This document shows positions 27,449 to 37,144 of a stretch of DNA of 64,000 nt, one piece after another. The position numbers and the translations under genes are program-made. Location: assembly GCA_902610815.1 (NCBI GenBank), contig CACLXG010000002.1:834-64833 (forward strand), read 5' to 3'. The DNA comes from an uncultured Candidatus Actinomarina sp. (lineage in GTDB: Bacteria; Actinomycetota; Acidimicrobiia; Actinomarinales; Actinomarinaceae). Position 1 is the first letter of the stretch; every line of letters starts with the position of its first letter. The notes under the pieces were generated by a model. It saw only the letters and a program-made list of their open reading frames with translations, made no database searches and was not told the DNA's origin.

Positions 27449-28429
27449 ATGGGCATTAATTGGGAATCTAAAGTTTTGAGTTCGGTAGGGAATGTAATTG
27501 ATAATGCTCAACATATATCAGTAAGTGAAAAATATATAGAAACGGTTGCTGATTGGCTAGCTTACGAAGAGTTTGGACTTCCTAAAAACAATAAAACAAA
27601 TAAAGATCCCGATAATTTTATTCGAACGACAATGCTTATTAATACATTAAACTTTGCGTTTACTGATTTTGATACTTCGATTAAGTATGCAATAGAACGA
27701 GATGGACAGACACTTTCAGACAGTGAAGCCATGTTTGCTCAAGTACATGAAGCAATTGATTCTGGAATTAATCTACTTAATGGTGAAGTATTAGAAAAAT
27801 TAACAATTGAAGAACTAGAAAAAATTTTTAAAGGAAATATTGAAATGCCAATGCTTAAAGAACGAGTAGAAATACTAAATGTTGTAGGCACAAAACTTGT
27901 AGATAGCTATGAAGGGGATTGGTTGAATTTTATTAAAAACGGCCCACGAAAACTTTATTCAAATGGTGAGGGGCTAATTGAAAGATTAGTTTTAGAATTT
28001 CCCCGATTTAATGATTCTTCGATTTATTTAGATAAAGAGGTAAATTTCTATAAATTAGCACAATTAGCATTTTGGGGTATTCATGGAGAACTTGCTCACT
28101 CGGATTATTTTAGAATAGAAGACATGGAATCTATGACAGCATTTGCAGACTACATTGTACCGGTTGCCCTTATTGTTATGAAAATTACTCGATATTCAGA
28201 TGAGTTAGAAGAAAAAATTATGAATGGAAAAATGATAGAAAGAGATTCAACTGAAGAAATTGAGATACGTGCAGCTTCGATATATGCAACAGCAAAGCTC
28301 ACTGAGAGTGTGAACAGGAGAAGAAAAGACCTCGAAAGTTTAATAATACCCCAACTTGATTACCGACTTTGGAAGCATTACCACGCAACACACTTTCCTC
28401 ATCATTTAACTTATACAACAATGTATTAA
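27449..28429 (+). CDS. queuosine salvage protein, DUF2419 / Qng1 family
   Basis: Blocks match human QNG1 (C9orf64) as I recall it: TLNFAF, VNFYKLAQL, MTAFADYIVP, EIEIRAAS, LDYRLW, C-terminal PHHLTYTTMY. Confidence 0.7.
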   Translation: MGINWESKVLSSVGNVIDNAQHISVSEKYIETVADWLAYEEFGLPKNNKTNKDPDNFIRTTMLINTLNFAFTDFDTSIKYAIERDGQTLSDSEAMFAQVHEAIDSGINLLNGEVLEKLTIEELEKIFKGNIEMPMLKERVEILNVVGTKLVDSYEGDWLNFIKNGPRKLYSNGEGLIERLVLEFPRFNDSSIYLDKEVNFYKLAQLAFWGIHGELAHSDYFRIEDMESMTAFADYIVPVALIVMKITRYSDELEEKIMNGKMIERDSTEEIEIRAASIYATAKLTESVNRRRKDLESLIIPQLDYRLWKHYHATHFPHHLTYTTMY

Positions 28430-28439
28430 AGTATTAAAT

Positions 28440-29408
28440 ATGATAAAAAGAAAATTTTTTATAGACACCGATACTGCTTCTGATGATGCAGTCGCACTAC
28501 TCATGGCTTTAGAGACACCAGATGTCGAGGTATTAGGTGTGAGTATTGTATCAGGAAATATGCCAGTAGAACAAGGAAGTATCAATGCTCGATACACTAT
28601 TGAGCTATGTAAAAAAGATACACCCGTATATGTGGGCTATGACAAACCAATGTTAAAAAAAAGAGAGCATGCAGACTGGTTCCATGGTCCTGATGGAATG
28701 GGTAATATGAATTACCCTGATCCAAAGTCTACAGAAAATAAATCCGACTATAAAGAAGTGTTAGATAGATTAATTAACCAATATCCAAATGAAATTACCC
28801 TAGTTACACTTGGCCCTTTAACAAATCTGGGACAATTTATATTGGAGTACCCCGAGTCGTATCAAAAAATAAAAGATATATATATTATGGGAGGCGCTTC
28901 AACTACTGTCGGAAATGTCACTCCAGCTGCTGAATACAATATTTGGTGTGACCCAGAAGCAGCAGATATTGTTTTTCAATCAGGTCACCCAGACATAACC
29001 ATGATTGGTTGGGAGCTGTGTCGTGGTGGAGCAAACTTAACAGAGAGTGAAATGGATTTTGTATATAGTTTTAAGACAGCAAAAGGAGATTTCGCAATTG
29101 ATTGTAACAAGCATGCCCTAGATTCGAGCCAAAATTGGCTTGGGGATCCGGGCTTAGGTTTACCTGACCCTGTTGCAATGTCAGTCGCTTTAAATAAAAA
29201 GGTAGTTCTTAAAGCAGGTAGGCATAATGTAAAAATTGTACTGGATGGCCCAGCAAGAGGAATGACTATAGTTGATGAACTAAATGTTGGTGAGAGCGAA
29301 CCTCATATAGATGAAAATTGGTCACACACAACTAAAAATATTAATGTTATTTGGGAAATTGATAATCAGGAGTGGAAAGAAACTCTATATAAAACTCTAA
29401 AAAACTAA
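28440..29408 (+). CDS. IU-nucleoside hydrolase family protein (paralog 3)
   Basis: IDTDTASDDAVAL, LGPLTNLG, AAEYNIWCDPEAADIVF. Confidence 0.85.
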   Translation: MIKRKFFIDTDTASDDAVALLMALETPDVEVLGVSIVSGNMPVEQGSINARYTIELCKKDTPVYVGYDKPMLKKREHADWFHGPDGMGNMNYPDPKSTENKSDYKEVLDRLINQYPNEITLVTLGPLTNLGQFILEYPESYQKIKDIYIMGGASTTVGNVTPAAEYNIWCDPEAADIVFQSGHPDITMIGWELCRGGANLTESEMDFVYSFKTAKGDFAIDCNKHALDSSQNWLGDPGLGLPDPVAMSVALNKKVVLKAGRHNVKIVLDGPARGMTIVDELNVGESEPHIDENWSHTTKNINVIWEIDNQEWKETLYKTLKN

Positions 29409-30007
29409 TCTTCTCCCCAGGTGTTTTCCAAATACCCTTTTCTTCCACTTGCTTGAGCATACATTTGGTAACGCATACTTTGTTTTTTATAGAAATCTTG
29501 ATGGTATTCCTCGGCAATATAAAATGTTGGTGCTTCTGTAATTGCAGTGACAATTGGTTTATCAAATTTTCCAGAATTTCCTAACTCAATCTTTGATTCT
29601 TCAGCTAGTTTTTTTTGTCTTTCTCCAACTGTAAATATTTCTGTTCTGTACTGAGTTCCAACATCGGCAAATTGATAATTTAATGCTGTAGGGTCAATAT
29701 TTCTCCAAAAAACTTCTAATAATTCTTGATAGGTGACTATTTCAGGATCATAAAGTATTTCAACAACTTCTGCATGACCTGTTGTTCCAGTAGTCACTTC
29801 TTCATATGTTGGATTTTCTACACTTCCACCCATATAACCCGATGTAGCCTCAATTACACCATCCAAGTCTTCAAAAGGTGGCTCCATGCACCAAAAACAC
29901 CCTCCGGCAAAATAAGCTTTTTCGTAACCTTCACTCATTTCTGTCTCCACTGTAGATATAGAACATGATACCAATATTAATAACAAGGAGATTTTTAAAT
30001 AACTCAT
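29405..30007 (-). CDS. msrA: peptide-methionine (S)-S-oxide reductase MsrA, lipoprotein form
   Basis: GGCFWCME active site, preceded by a signal peptide with LVSCS lipobox. Confidence 0.85.
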   Translation of the reverse strand: MSYLKISLLLILVSCSISTVETEMSEGYEKAYFAGGCFWCMEPPFEDLDGVIEATSGYMGGSVENPTYEEVTTGTTGHAEVVEILYDPEIVTYQELLEVFWRNIDPTALNYQFADVGTQYRTEIFTVGERQKKLAEESKIELGNSGKFDKPIVTAITEAPTFYIAEEYHQDFYKKQSMRYQMYAQASGRKGYLENTWGED

Positions 30008-30120
30008 AAAAGAATGTTATTGCTTAAATACTTAAAACCTAAATTAAAAAATAGTTTTAAAAATTTAAGTTAGATATATAATTAAATTAATCCTTCGACC
30101 AACAAGGCGGAGAGAGAAAT

Positions 30121-30984
30121 ATGAAAATAACAGTACCTAAAATATTAGATTTAAAATCTGAACGTCAGATAACAATGATGACAGCTTATGACTTTCCTAC
30201 ATCAAAGGCTGTTTCAGAAGCACAGATAGACATAATACTCGTGGGTGATTCATTAGCCCAAGTTGTATTAGGCCACGATGATACCTTGTCTGTAACTATG
30301 GACGAAATGCTCCACCATGTTCAAGCTGTTACTCGTGCAAAACCAAACTGTCTAGTCGTAGCAGACATGCCTTACATGAGCTATCACAACACAAAAGAAG
30401 AAGCAGTCAAAAATGCAGCAAGGTTTATTCAAGAAGGCAAAGCGGACGCAGTCAAGCTTGAAGGAGGCTTTAAAAGAAAAGATATTATAGAGGCAATAAT
30501 TAGTGCAGAAATACCAGTAATGGGACATTTAGGCTTAACTCCCCAATCAAAAAATATGATGGGTGGATATAAAGTTCAAGGTAAAACATTAGAGTTGGCA
30601 ACAGAACTGTTAGAGGAGGCTGTACTACTAGAAACACTGGGGTGTTTTTCAATGGTTCTTGAAGGAGTTCCCTCAGTTGTTGCAGAAGTACTTACAGAAA
30701 AAGTATCTATACCAATAATAGGCATAGGTGCTGGCGCCAATGTTGATGGGCAGGTTTTAGTATTCCATGATCTTATAGGAATGAAGTCTAAAGAATATAT
30801 TGACGCTAAGTTTGTAAAAAGATATGCAAATCAACACGAAGAAGTTGTAAAAGCTCTAGAAAATTTTAAAAAAGAGGTAGAAAATAAAGTATTTCCAACC
30901 GAACACCATTCATATGAAGCTGGCAAAATTACTGAAAATGATGTTAAAGAGTGGAAAAAAGAAATTAAAAAAATTCTGTCATAG
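30121..30984 (+). CDS. panB: 3-methyl-2-oxobutanoate hydroxymethyltransferase
   Basis: MMTAYD, ILVGDSL, KLEGG, GHLGLTPQ blocks. Confidence 0.9.
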   Translation: MKITVPKILDLKSERQITMMTAYDFPTSKAVSEAQIDIILVGDSLAQVVLGHDDTLSVTMDEMLHHVQAVTRAKPNCLVVADMPYMSYHNTKEEAVKNAARFIQEGKADAVKLEGGFKRKDIIEAIISAEIPVMGHLGLTPQSKNMMGGYKVQGKTLELATELLEEAVLLETLGCFSMVLEGVPSVVAEVLTEKVSIPIIGIGAGANVDGQVLVFHDLIGMKSKEYIDAKFVKRYANQHEEVVKALENFKKEVENKVFPTEHHSYEAGKITENDVKEWKKEIKKILS

Positions 30985-31055
30985 TACATATCTAGTATTA
31001 AATTAATAGGTACCTGCTTCGAAAGAAGCCACGTATAAGTGTCCATAGGAGAAAA

Positions 31056-31343
31056 ATGAATAAATATGACTTAGTCTCAATATTGAGGCCAACAGCAGAC
31101 GATTCAGTCGTCGAATCAATACACAAATCCATAACAGATGTAATTTCTAGTGGTGGGGGTAGTGTTTCAGAACAAGGCATATGGCAAAAAAGAAAACTTG
31201 CCTATGAGATAGATACTTTTAAAGAAGGAATCTATACAATCACAACTTTTGAAGGCCCTTCAGAAGTTCCTGCAGAACTCGATAGAGTGCTAAAAATATC
31301 TGATGATGTCATTAGACACAAAGTCTTAAAGATGGAAAGCTAG
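31056..31343 (+). CDS. rpsF: 30S ribosomal protein S6
   Basis: Size, YDLVSILRP start, and position before ssb-rpsR. Confidence 0.9.
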   Translation: MNKYDLVSILRPTADDSVVESIHKSITDVISSGGGSVSEQGIWQKRKLAYEIDTFKEGIYTITTFEGPSEVPAELDRVLKISDDVIRHKVLKMES

Positions 31344-31355
31344 AGGTAGATAAAA

Positions 31356-31781
31356 ATGGTAGATAATACAGTAACAATAGTTGGAAACTTAACTGCTGAT
31401 CCAGAAATCAGAGTGACTGATGGTGGAGCAACATTGGCGGAAATAAGGATTGCACAAAATAAAAACAAAAGAAATGCTGATGGCTCTTGGGAACCTGGAG
31501 ATCCAATGTTTTTTCAAGGAACTGTTTGGAATGACATGGCAGAGAATGCTGCAGCTTCTCTTCAAAAAGGTATGAGAGTAATTGTTGTAGGTAAATTGAA
31601 CTACAGATCTTGGGAAACACAAGATGGGCAAAACAGATCAGTAGTCGATATTTCAATTGATGAAATTGCACCAAGCTTAAGATGGGCCAAAGCAAGTGTC
31701 GAAAGAGCATCCGGTAGTATGCCATCTAGCCAAGAGCCTGTAGCTAGAGAAAATTATGAGGAAGACGAAGCACCGTTTTAA
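31356..31781 (+). CDS. ssb: single-stranded DNA-binding protein
   Basis: OB-fold NTVTIVGNLTADPE and acidic tail EEDEAPF. Confidence 0.9.
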   Translation: MVDNTVTIVGNLTADPEIRVTDGGATLAEIRIAQNKNKRNADGSWEPGDPMFFQGTVWNDMAENAAASLQKGMRVIVVGKLNYRSWETQDGQNRSVVDISIDEIAPSLRWAKASVERASGSMPSSQEPVARENYEEDEAPF

Positions 31782-31793
31782 GGAGATTTGAAA

Positions 31794-32075
31794 ATGGCAA
31801 ATACAAAAAGAAATACTGGTAGAAGGTCTTCAAAATACGAAGCTCCTAAACCAAGAAGAATTACAAAAAAACAGATTGAAAATGCAACATACAAAGATGT
31901 AAAACTCTTAGAAAAGTTTATTTCTGATCGTGGAAAGATTAGATCAAGCTTAATTACTGGTATCACAAAACAAGAACAAGCAAAAGTAGCTAGATTAATA
32001 AAAGTTGCAAGAGAGTTAGCACTTCTACCTTACGTAACAACAAGTTCATACAAGCAAAGTTACAACAGAAGATGA
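31794..32075 (+). CDS. rpsR: 30S ribosomal protein S18
   Basis: ATG at 31794 lies 8 nt after AGGAG (the track start at 31788 is TTG). Contains [17 protein letters not shown]. Confidence 0.9.
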   Translation: MANTKRNTGRRSSKYEAPKPRRITKKQIENATYKDVKLLEKFISDRGKIRSSLITGITKQEQAKVARLIKVARELALLPYVTTSSYKQSYNRR

Positions 32076-32524
32076 AGTTAATCCTTAATTCAGATGTTCA
32101 GTCTTTAGGAAAAAAAGGTGATGTTATTGATGTTACAAAAGGCTATGCAAGAAACTATCTCCTCCCTAAAAAATTAGCAATAGTTGCAACAGCAAGTAAT
32201 TTAGAGTTTGCTAAAAAGCTTCAAGAAAAAAGACAAGAACAAGCTCAAATAAACTCTGAGCTCGCAGACTCAATCAAGCTAGCACTCGCTGATGCACATA
32301 TAGTTATTTCTCAAACTTCTACCGATGAAGGAACTTTATATGCTGCGATTAGTAACGAGCAGATAACTGAAGCAGTTCAAACATTTTCAGGCTTTAAACT
32401 TGAAGAAGACCAAATTAATGTTGAGAACCAAGTAAAAGAAATCGGCTTACACACTGTGAAAGTAGTTCTAGGTCCTGATACAAGCTTCGATATTACATTA
32501 GAGATTGTTCCAGATACAAAATAA
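32072..32524 (+). CDS. rplI: 50S ribosomal protein L9
   Basis: [30 protein letters not shown]. Confidence 0.9.
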   Translation: MKLILNSDVQSLGKKGDVIDVTKGYARNYLLPKKLAIVATASNLEFAKKLQEKRQEQAQINSELADSIKLALADAHIVISQTSTDEGTLYAAISNEQITEAVQTFSGFKLEEDQINVENQVKEIGLHTVKVVLGPDTSFDITLEIVPDTK

Positions 32525-33879
32525 TGGTTGGTCCCGAAGCACTTTCATCCAAAGGCAACCAATCTTTAGGTAAAGTGCCTCCACACAGTTTAGAAGCAGA
32601 GGAAGCTCTTTTAGGTAGTGCGTTGCTCTCAAGAGATGCAGTAACAAGACTCATGGAAGAGGTAAAGCCAACAGATTTCTATAGCCCTTCTAATCAAAGT
32701 GTTTATGAAGCAATGAAAGGATTGTTTGATACAGGTAACCCGATTGACACTGTTACTGTATCAGAACTTATTTTTAAAGATACAAAAAACGCATCTGTAA
32801 ATGCTTCTTATATTGCAAGACTTGTTGAAAATGTTCCTAGTTCTGCAAATTTTGAGAGATACATAGAGATTGTTTTAGAACACTCACACAGAAGAAAACT
32901 TTTAAAAGCTAGTGGAAGAATTGAGTTATTAGCTATGGCTATGGATAAAGAAATTCATAGTGTTTTGGATGAAGCAGAACAAACAATTTTTACTGCTTCT
33001 GATGATGCAATTGGTGATGGCCTAGTTGGAGTAAATGATGTTCTTGAATCTGCAATTGAAAGAATTGAAGAAATTGAAAATAGAGGGACTGGGTTATCAG
33101 GACTTCCAACTTATTTTTCAGATTTAGATTATTACCTCTCAGGCTTACAAGAAGGAAACTTAGCAGTTCTTGCTTCAAGGCCAAGCATGGGTAAATCTTC
33201 TTTAGCTTTAAATATTGCAACTAATGCAGCGAAAGACGGAAAGGTAGCTGCATTTTTTTCGCTTGAAATGACAAAAGAAGAGTTGGTTCAAAGAGTATTG
33301 TTTTCTGAAGCAAAAGTTACTTCTGGAGATGCTAGAAAAGGTCAACTGGGACCAGAAAAATGGTCAAGAGTTGTAGAAGCAGCTTCAAAAGTCAATAACT
33401 TGCCACTGTATTTTGATGATGCCCCAGTTATTACAGTTACAGATATACGTGCAAAATCAAGAAGACTAAAGTCTTCTAAAGGTCTAGACCTAATACTTGT
33501 TGACTATCTACAACTAATGCAAAGTTCTTCTGGCGATAATAGACAGCAAGAAATTGCTGAAATAAGTAGAAACTTAAAAAACCTAGCTAGAGAACTAAAA
33601 GTTCCAATATTTGCACTTTCACAGTTAAACAGAGCAGCAGAGGCCAGGGAAGATAAAAGACCTCGTTTAGGTGACTTAAGAGAGTCTGGAGCAATTGAGC
33701 AGGATGCTGACATAGTTATGATGCTTTACAGAGATGATTATTACAATCCAGGTACTGAAACACCGGGCGTTGCAGAAGTTAATATTGTTAAAAACAGATC
33801 TGGACAAACTGGAAAAGTAGATCTTTTCTTTAGTAAAGAATTTACACAATTTAGTAATTATTCCAAACAAGACCAATAA
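32524..33879 (+). CDS. dnaB: replicative DNA helicase DnaB
   Basis: PPHSLEAEEALLGS N-terminus, Walker A SRPSMGKSS, LSQLNR. No intein-sized insertion. Confidence 0.9.
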   Translation: MVGPEALSSKGNQSLGKVPPHSLEAEEALLGSALLSRDAVTRLMEEVKPTDFYSPSNQSVYEAMKGLFDTGNPIDTVTVSELIFKDTKNASVNASYIARLVENVPSSANFERYIEIVLEHSHRRKLLKASGRIELLAMAMDKEIHSVLDEAEQTIFTASDDAIGDGLVGVNDVLESAIERIEEIENRGTGLSGLPTYFSDLDYYLSGLQEGNLAVLASRPSMGKSSLALNIATNAAKDGKVAAFFSLEMTKEELVQRVLFSEAKVTSGDARKGQLGPEKWSRVVEAASKVNNLPLYFDDAPVITVTDIRAKSRRLKSSKGLDLILVDYLQLMQSSSGDNRQQEIAEISRNLKNLARELKVPIFALSQLNRAAEAREDKRPRLGDLRESGAIEQDADIVMMLYRDDYYNPGTETPGVAEVNIVKNRSGQTGKVDLFFSKEFTQFSNYSKQDQ

Positions 33880-33884
33880 TAAGT

Positions 33885-34733
33885 TTGAATAAAAAACTCA
33901 GGGCCTATCTCCTCATTAGTTTATTAGCAATTTCCTGGGGTTCTATTCCTTTAATAATTAGAACATCTGATGTTAGTTCTTTGTCCCTAGTAGGTATAAG
34001 AACTTTTCTAGGGGCTATATTTCTTTTAATCTTTGTTTTACAAAGAAGGCAAATTACAAAAGATTTACTTTATTCTGGAACTTTCTTAGGTCCTTTACTT
34101 GCTATACATTGGTCAACGATGTTCAAATCTATAGAGTTGAATACGGTAGCGATAGGAATAGGCTTAGTGTTTTCATATCCTATATTTATTTTGATAATTG
34201 AATTTCTCCGAGGAAGAAATATCAAATTATTTCAAGTGATACTTATCTTTACGGGCTTCTTTGGTTTATATCTTCTTTTAGATTTTTCCACAATCTCATC
34301 TGCTATAGGCGTAGTTTATGGACTAGTGAGTTCATTTTCTCTGGCGATTTTAATAATTTATGGATCTTCAAAGTCACTCCAATTTGGAGGACTTAATGTG
34401 GCATTTGTTCAAGTATTTTATGCTGCAATAATTTTATCTCCATTTACGTATGAAGGATTTTCTTGGATGCTGGATAATTTATTAGTCAGCATGTTCCTCG
34501 GATTTTTTCTAACTGGTGTCGGATTAACAACTTATTGGTATGTAATTAAATTTATACCACCTGTATCTATTGGAACAATAACTTATCTAGAACCCGTAAC
34601 TGGAGTAATTATTGGTGCAATGATTTTAAATGAATCATTAAGAATATCTCAGTATATTGGTTTTGCTATTGTTTTACTTACAGGAATAACTCAAGTTATT
34701 ATCGATACTAAAAATCAAGTTCAATCATCTTAA
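33885..34733 (+). CDS. EamA/DMT-family transporter
   Basis: 10 TM segments arranged as two EamA-like halves. Confidence 0.65.
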   Translation: MNKKLRAYLLISLLAISWGSIPLIIRTSDVSSLSLVGIRTFLGAIFLLIFVLQRRQITKDLLYSGTFLGPLLAIHWSTMFKSIELNTVAIGIGLVFSYPIFILIIEFLRGRNIKLFQVILIFTGFFGLYLLLDFSTISSAIGVVYGLVSSFSLAILIIYGSSKSLQFGGLNVAFVQVFYAAIILSPFTYEGFSWMLDNLLVSMFLGFFLTGVGLTTYWYVIKFIPPVSIGTITYLEPVTGVIIGAMILNESLRISQYIGFAIVLLTGITQVIIDTKNQVQSS

Positions 34734-35112
34734 AATTAGAATTATCTAAAAATGAACTTAGTTCAAATTTCAGACCCGAAATTTTAAAATAATTTTTTAG
34801 ATATTTAGACTGGACAAAGATTGGAAAAGAAATTTTTCTAAAATTTTCCCGATTTAAATGAGCGATAATTTTATTATCTTCCAATTCTTTTAATGCACTC
34901 GATACTTTTTCAATATTGATTACAACTTCATTATTTTTGAGAAGTTCAAGCACTTTTGAGGAGAAAGGGTTTTTACCCTTAATTTCATAGGTTGAAATTA
35001 GTGAATATTCTGCTTTTAGGTTAACTAAATTTTCATGATTTAATGACAAAAATTTTTCACTATTTTTAATTGATAACTTATTGTCCTCTAACAATAAAAA
35101 ATTATATTCCAT
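34708..35112 (-). CDS. hypothetical protein
   Basis: 134-aa soluble protein; no motif recognised. Confidence 0.35.
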   Translation of the reverse strand: MEYNFLLLEDNKLSIKNSEKFLSLNHENLVNLKAEYSLISTYEIKGKNPFSSKVLELLKNNEVVINIEKVSSALKELEDNKIIAHLNRENFRKISFPIFVQSKYLKNYFKISGLKFELSSFLDNSNFKMIELDF

Positions 35113-35220
35113 ATTTTGAACATTAATTGATTAATAAAATTAAAACTTAATGAGTCTGAACTAAATATTTGCTCAAAAAAAATTCACAAAGTGAGCGAAA
35201 GTTCATAATATAGTTTTATA

Positions 35221-35889
35221 TTGAAAACTTATGGTGTAATACTTGCAGCAGGTGATAGCACTCGCTTTGGTGAGGAAGTAAACAAACTTTTTTATAGAGT
35301 AAATGGCAAAGAGCTGGTCCTTTATCCTGTAGAAACTTTTTTAGAAAATAATGAAATTGATGATGTATTATTAGTTTCGTCTGAGTCAAACAAATCAGTA
35401 TTCGAAAAGCTTTTATCCGGACATCAAAGTATTTCAATTATTCATGGTGGAGATTCAAGACAAGAAAGTGAGCACTTTGCACTTCAGCATTTACAAAATA
35501 AAGCTACAGATAATTGTTTAATTGTGATCCATGACGCCGCTCGATCTTTTATGTCGTCAGAACTATTAACAAATTTGATTAATGCAGCAAAAGAACATGG
35601 ATCTGCAGCTCCTTATCTAGACAACAGTTATTTTTACGATACAGAAAATAATGAAATTGTTAAAAATAGAAGAATTGTAGATATTCAGACACCTCAAGTT
35701 TATAAATTTAAAGAATTGTTTGATTGTTATTCATTTTTATCAAAAAATAATTTTACTGGTATGGTTGACACAACAGAAAGCATGTTTAAATTTAACAAAT
35801 TCGAAACCCACGTAATTAGAGGTGAGGAAAGTAACTTAAAAATTACTTATAAAAGTGATTTAGAAATTATTGAGAAAGCTTTTATTTAA
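35221..35889 (+). CDS. IspD/TarI-family cytidylyltransferase
   Basis: AAGDSTRFG, GGDSRQES, HDAAR, QTPQ, NLKITYKSDL. No ispF partner is present, so the substrate is uncertain. Confidence 0.7.
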   Translation: MKTYGVILAAGDSTRFGEEVNKLFYRVNGKELVLYPVETFLENNEIDDVLLVSSESNKSVFEKLLSGHQSISIIHGGDSRQESEHFALQHLQNKATDNCLIVIHDAARSFMSSELLTNLINAAKEHGSAAPYLDNSYFYDTENNEIVKNRRIVDIQTPQVYKFKELFDCYSFLSKNNFTGMVDTTESMFKFNKFETHVIRGEESNLKITYKSDLEIIEKAFI

Positions 35890-37120
35890 AATGAACCAAC
35901 TAGATAAATTTAAAACTTATATAGAGGATCGTAGCGAAAATGTAAAAGTAGGGCTTGTTGGAGCAGGCCAAATGGGACAAGGGATAGTAGCCCAGATATC
36001 AAAAATGTACGGGGTAGATCTTGTATGTATTATTGATAGAAATCAAAATCAACTAGAGATTGCTTCTAACAGATATAAAAAACACAAAGAAAACCAGATT
36101 TTGTGTTCTGATAGTATTGCTGCTTTAGATAATGTTGAACTGGACATTGTAATTGAAGCAACAGGAACACCCGCAGCTGGGGCAATTGTTGCTAAAAATG
36201 TTTTAAATCGAGGTATTAATTTAATTTTATTAAATGTGGAAACAGAAGCAACTATAGGCTTAGCTTTAAGAAAAGAAGCAGAAAAAAACGATGCCATAGT
36301 GACAGTTGCTGATGGAGATGAACCCGTAGCTGCCCTTGACTTATACAACTTTGCTACAGAACTTTCTTTTGAAGTTATATCAATTGGAAAAGGTAAAAAT
36401 AACCCATTTAATAAATTTGCTACTCCCAGTTCATTAACAAAAGAAGCCTCTTTAAAACAAATGAATCCAAAAATGTTAACCAGTTTTGTTGATGGTACCA
36501 AAACGATGGTTGAGATGACTGCACTTGCTAATTTTCTCGATTTCAAAATAGATGTTGATGGAATGCATGGAATAGAAGCAACATATGAAAATATAAATCA
36601 GTATTACATACCAAAAGAAGATGGAGGCTTATTGGATGAATCGCAAGTTGTTGATTTTGCTTTTGGAATTGCTCCAGGTGTTTTTGCTGTAATTTATTCT
36701 CAGGATGATTATGTAAATTATGAAATGGAGTATTTAAAAATGGGTAAAGGTCCATATTGGACTTTAGCCAGACCTTACCATTTAACAAGTCTTGAAATAC
36801 CAAGAACAATAAGACATATTATGCTGGAAAAATATTCTAAGTTGAGTGCAAAAAGTTGGAATGTTGAAGTTGTAGCTTATGCTAAACAAGACATTGAACC
36901 AGGCACAAACCTTGGTTCTATTGGAGGAGATTATATATATGGAAAAGCCCAGAAGATATCATCATCAAAGGGCCTTCTACCAATAGGTATTGCAGAAGAC
37001 AATATTACCAATAAAGCAATCGCAAAAGGAAACCCAATAGCAATAGGAGAAGTGAATGCACAAGATAATGAACTATGTGAATACTGGGAATATCAAAATC
37101 AAATATTAGATAGTGATTAA
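35870..37120 (+). CDS. NAD(P)-binding oxidoreductase with C-terminal SAF-like domain (COG4091-type 'predicted homoserine dehydrogenase')
   Basis: VGLVGAGQMGQG Rossmann motif. Length and architecture recalled for this family. Confidence 0.5.
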   Translation: MRKLLFKMNQLDKFKTYIEDRSENVKVGLVGAGQMGQGIVAQISKMYGVDLVCIIDRNQNQLEIASNRYKKHKENQILCSDSIAALDNVELDIVIEATGTPAAGAIVAKNVLNRGINLILLNVETEATIGLALRKEAEKNDAIVTVADGDEPVAALDLYNFATELSFEVISIGKGKNNPFNKFATPSSLTKEASLKQMNPKMLTSFVDGTKTMVEMTALANFLDFKIDVDGMHGIEATYENINQYYIPKEDGGLLDESQVVDFAFGIAPGVFAVIYSQDDYVNYEMEYLKMGKGPYWTLARPYHLTSLEIPRTIRHIMLEKYSKLSAKSWNVEVVAYAKQDIEPGTNLGSIGGDYIYGKAQKISSSKGLLPIGIAEDNITNKAIAKGNPIAIGEVNAQDNELCEYWEYQNQILDSD

Positions 37121-37144
37121 TTTTACAAAGAGTTATCATGAAGT

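Noticed and set aside
27399-27456. Apparent 8-nt head-to-head overlap of ribokinase (track start 27456) and the Qng1 homologue (27449).
   Set aside because: The first 19 codons of the ribokinase ORF precede the conserved family N-terminus. Using the internal ATG (MASKICIVGSSN, 27399) leaves a normal 49-bp divergent spacer.
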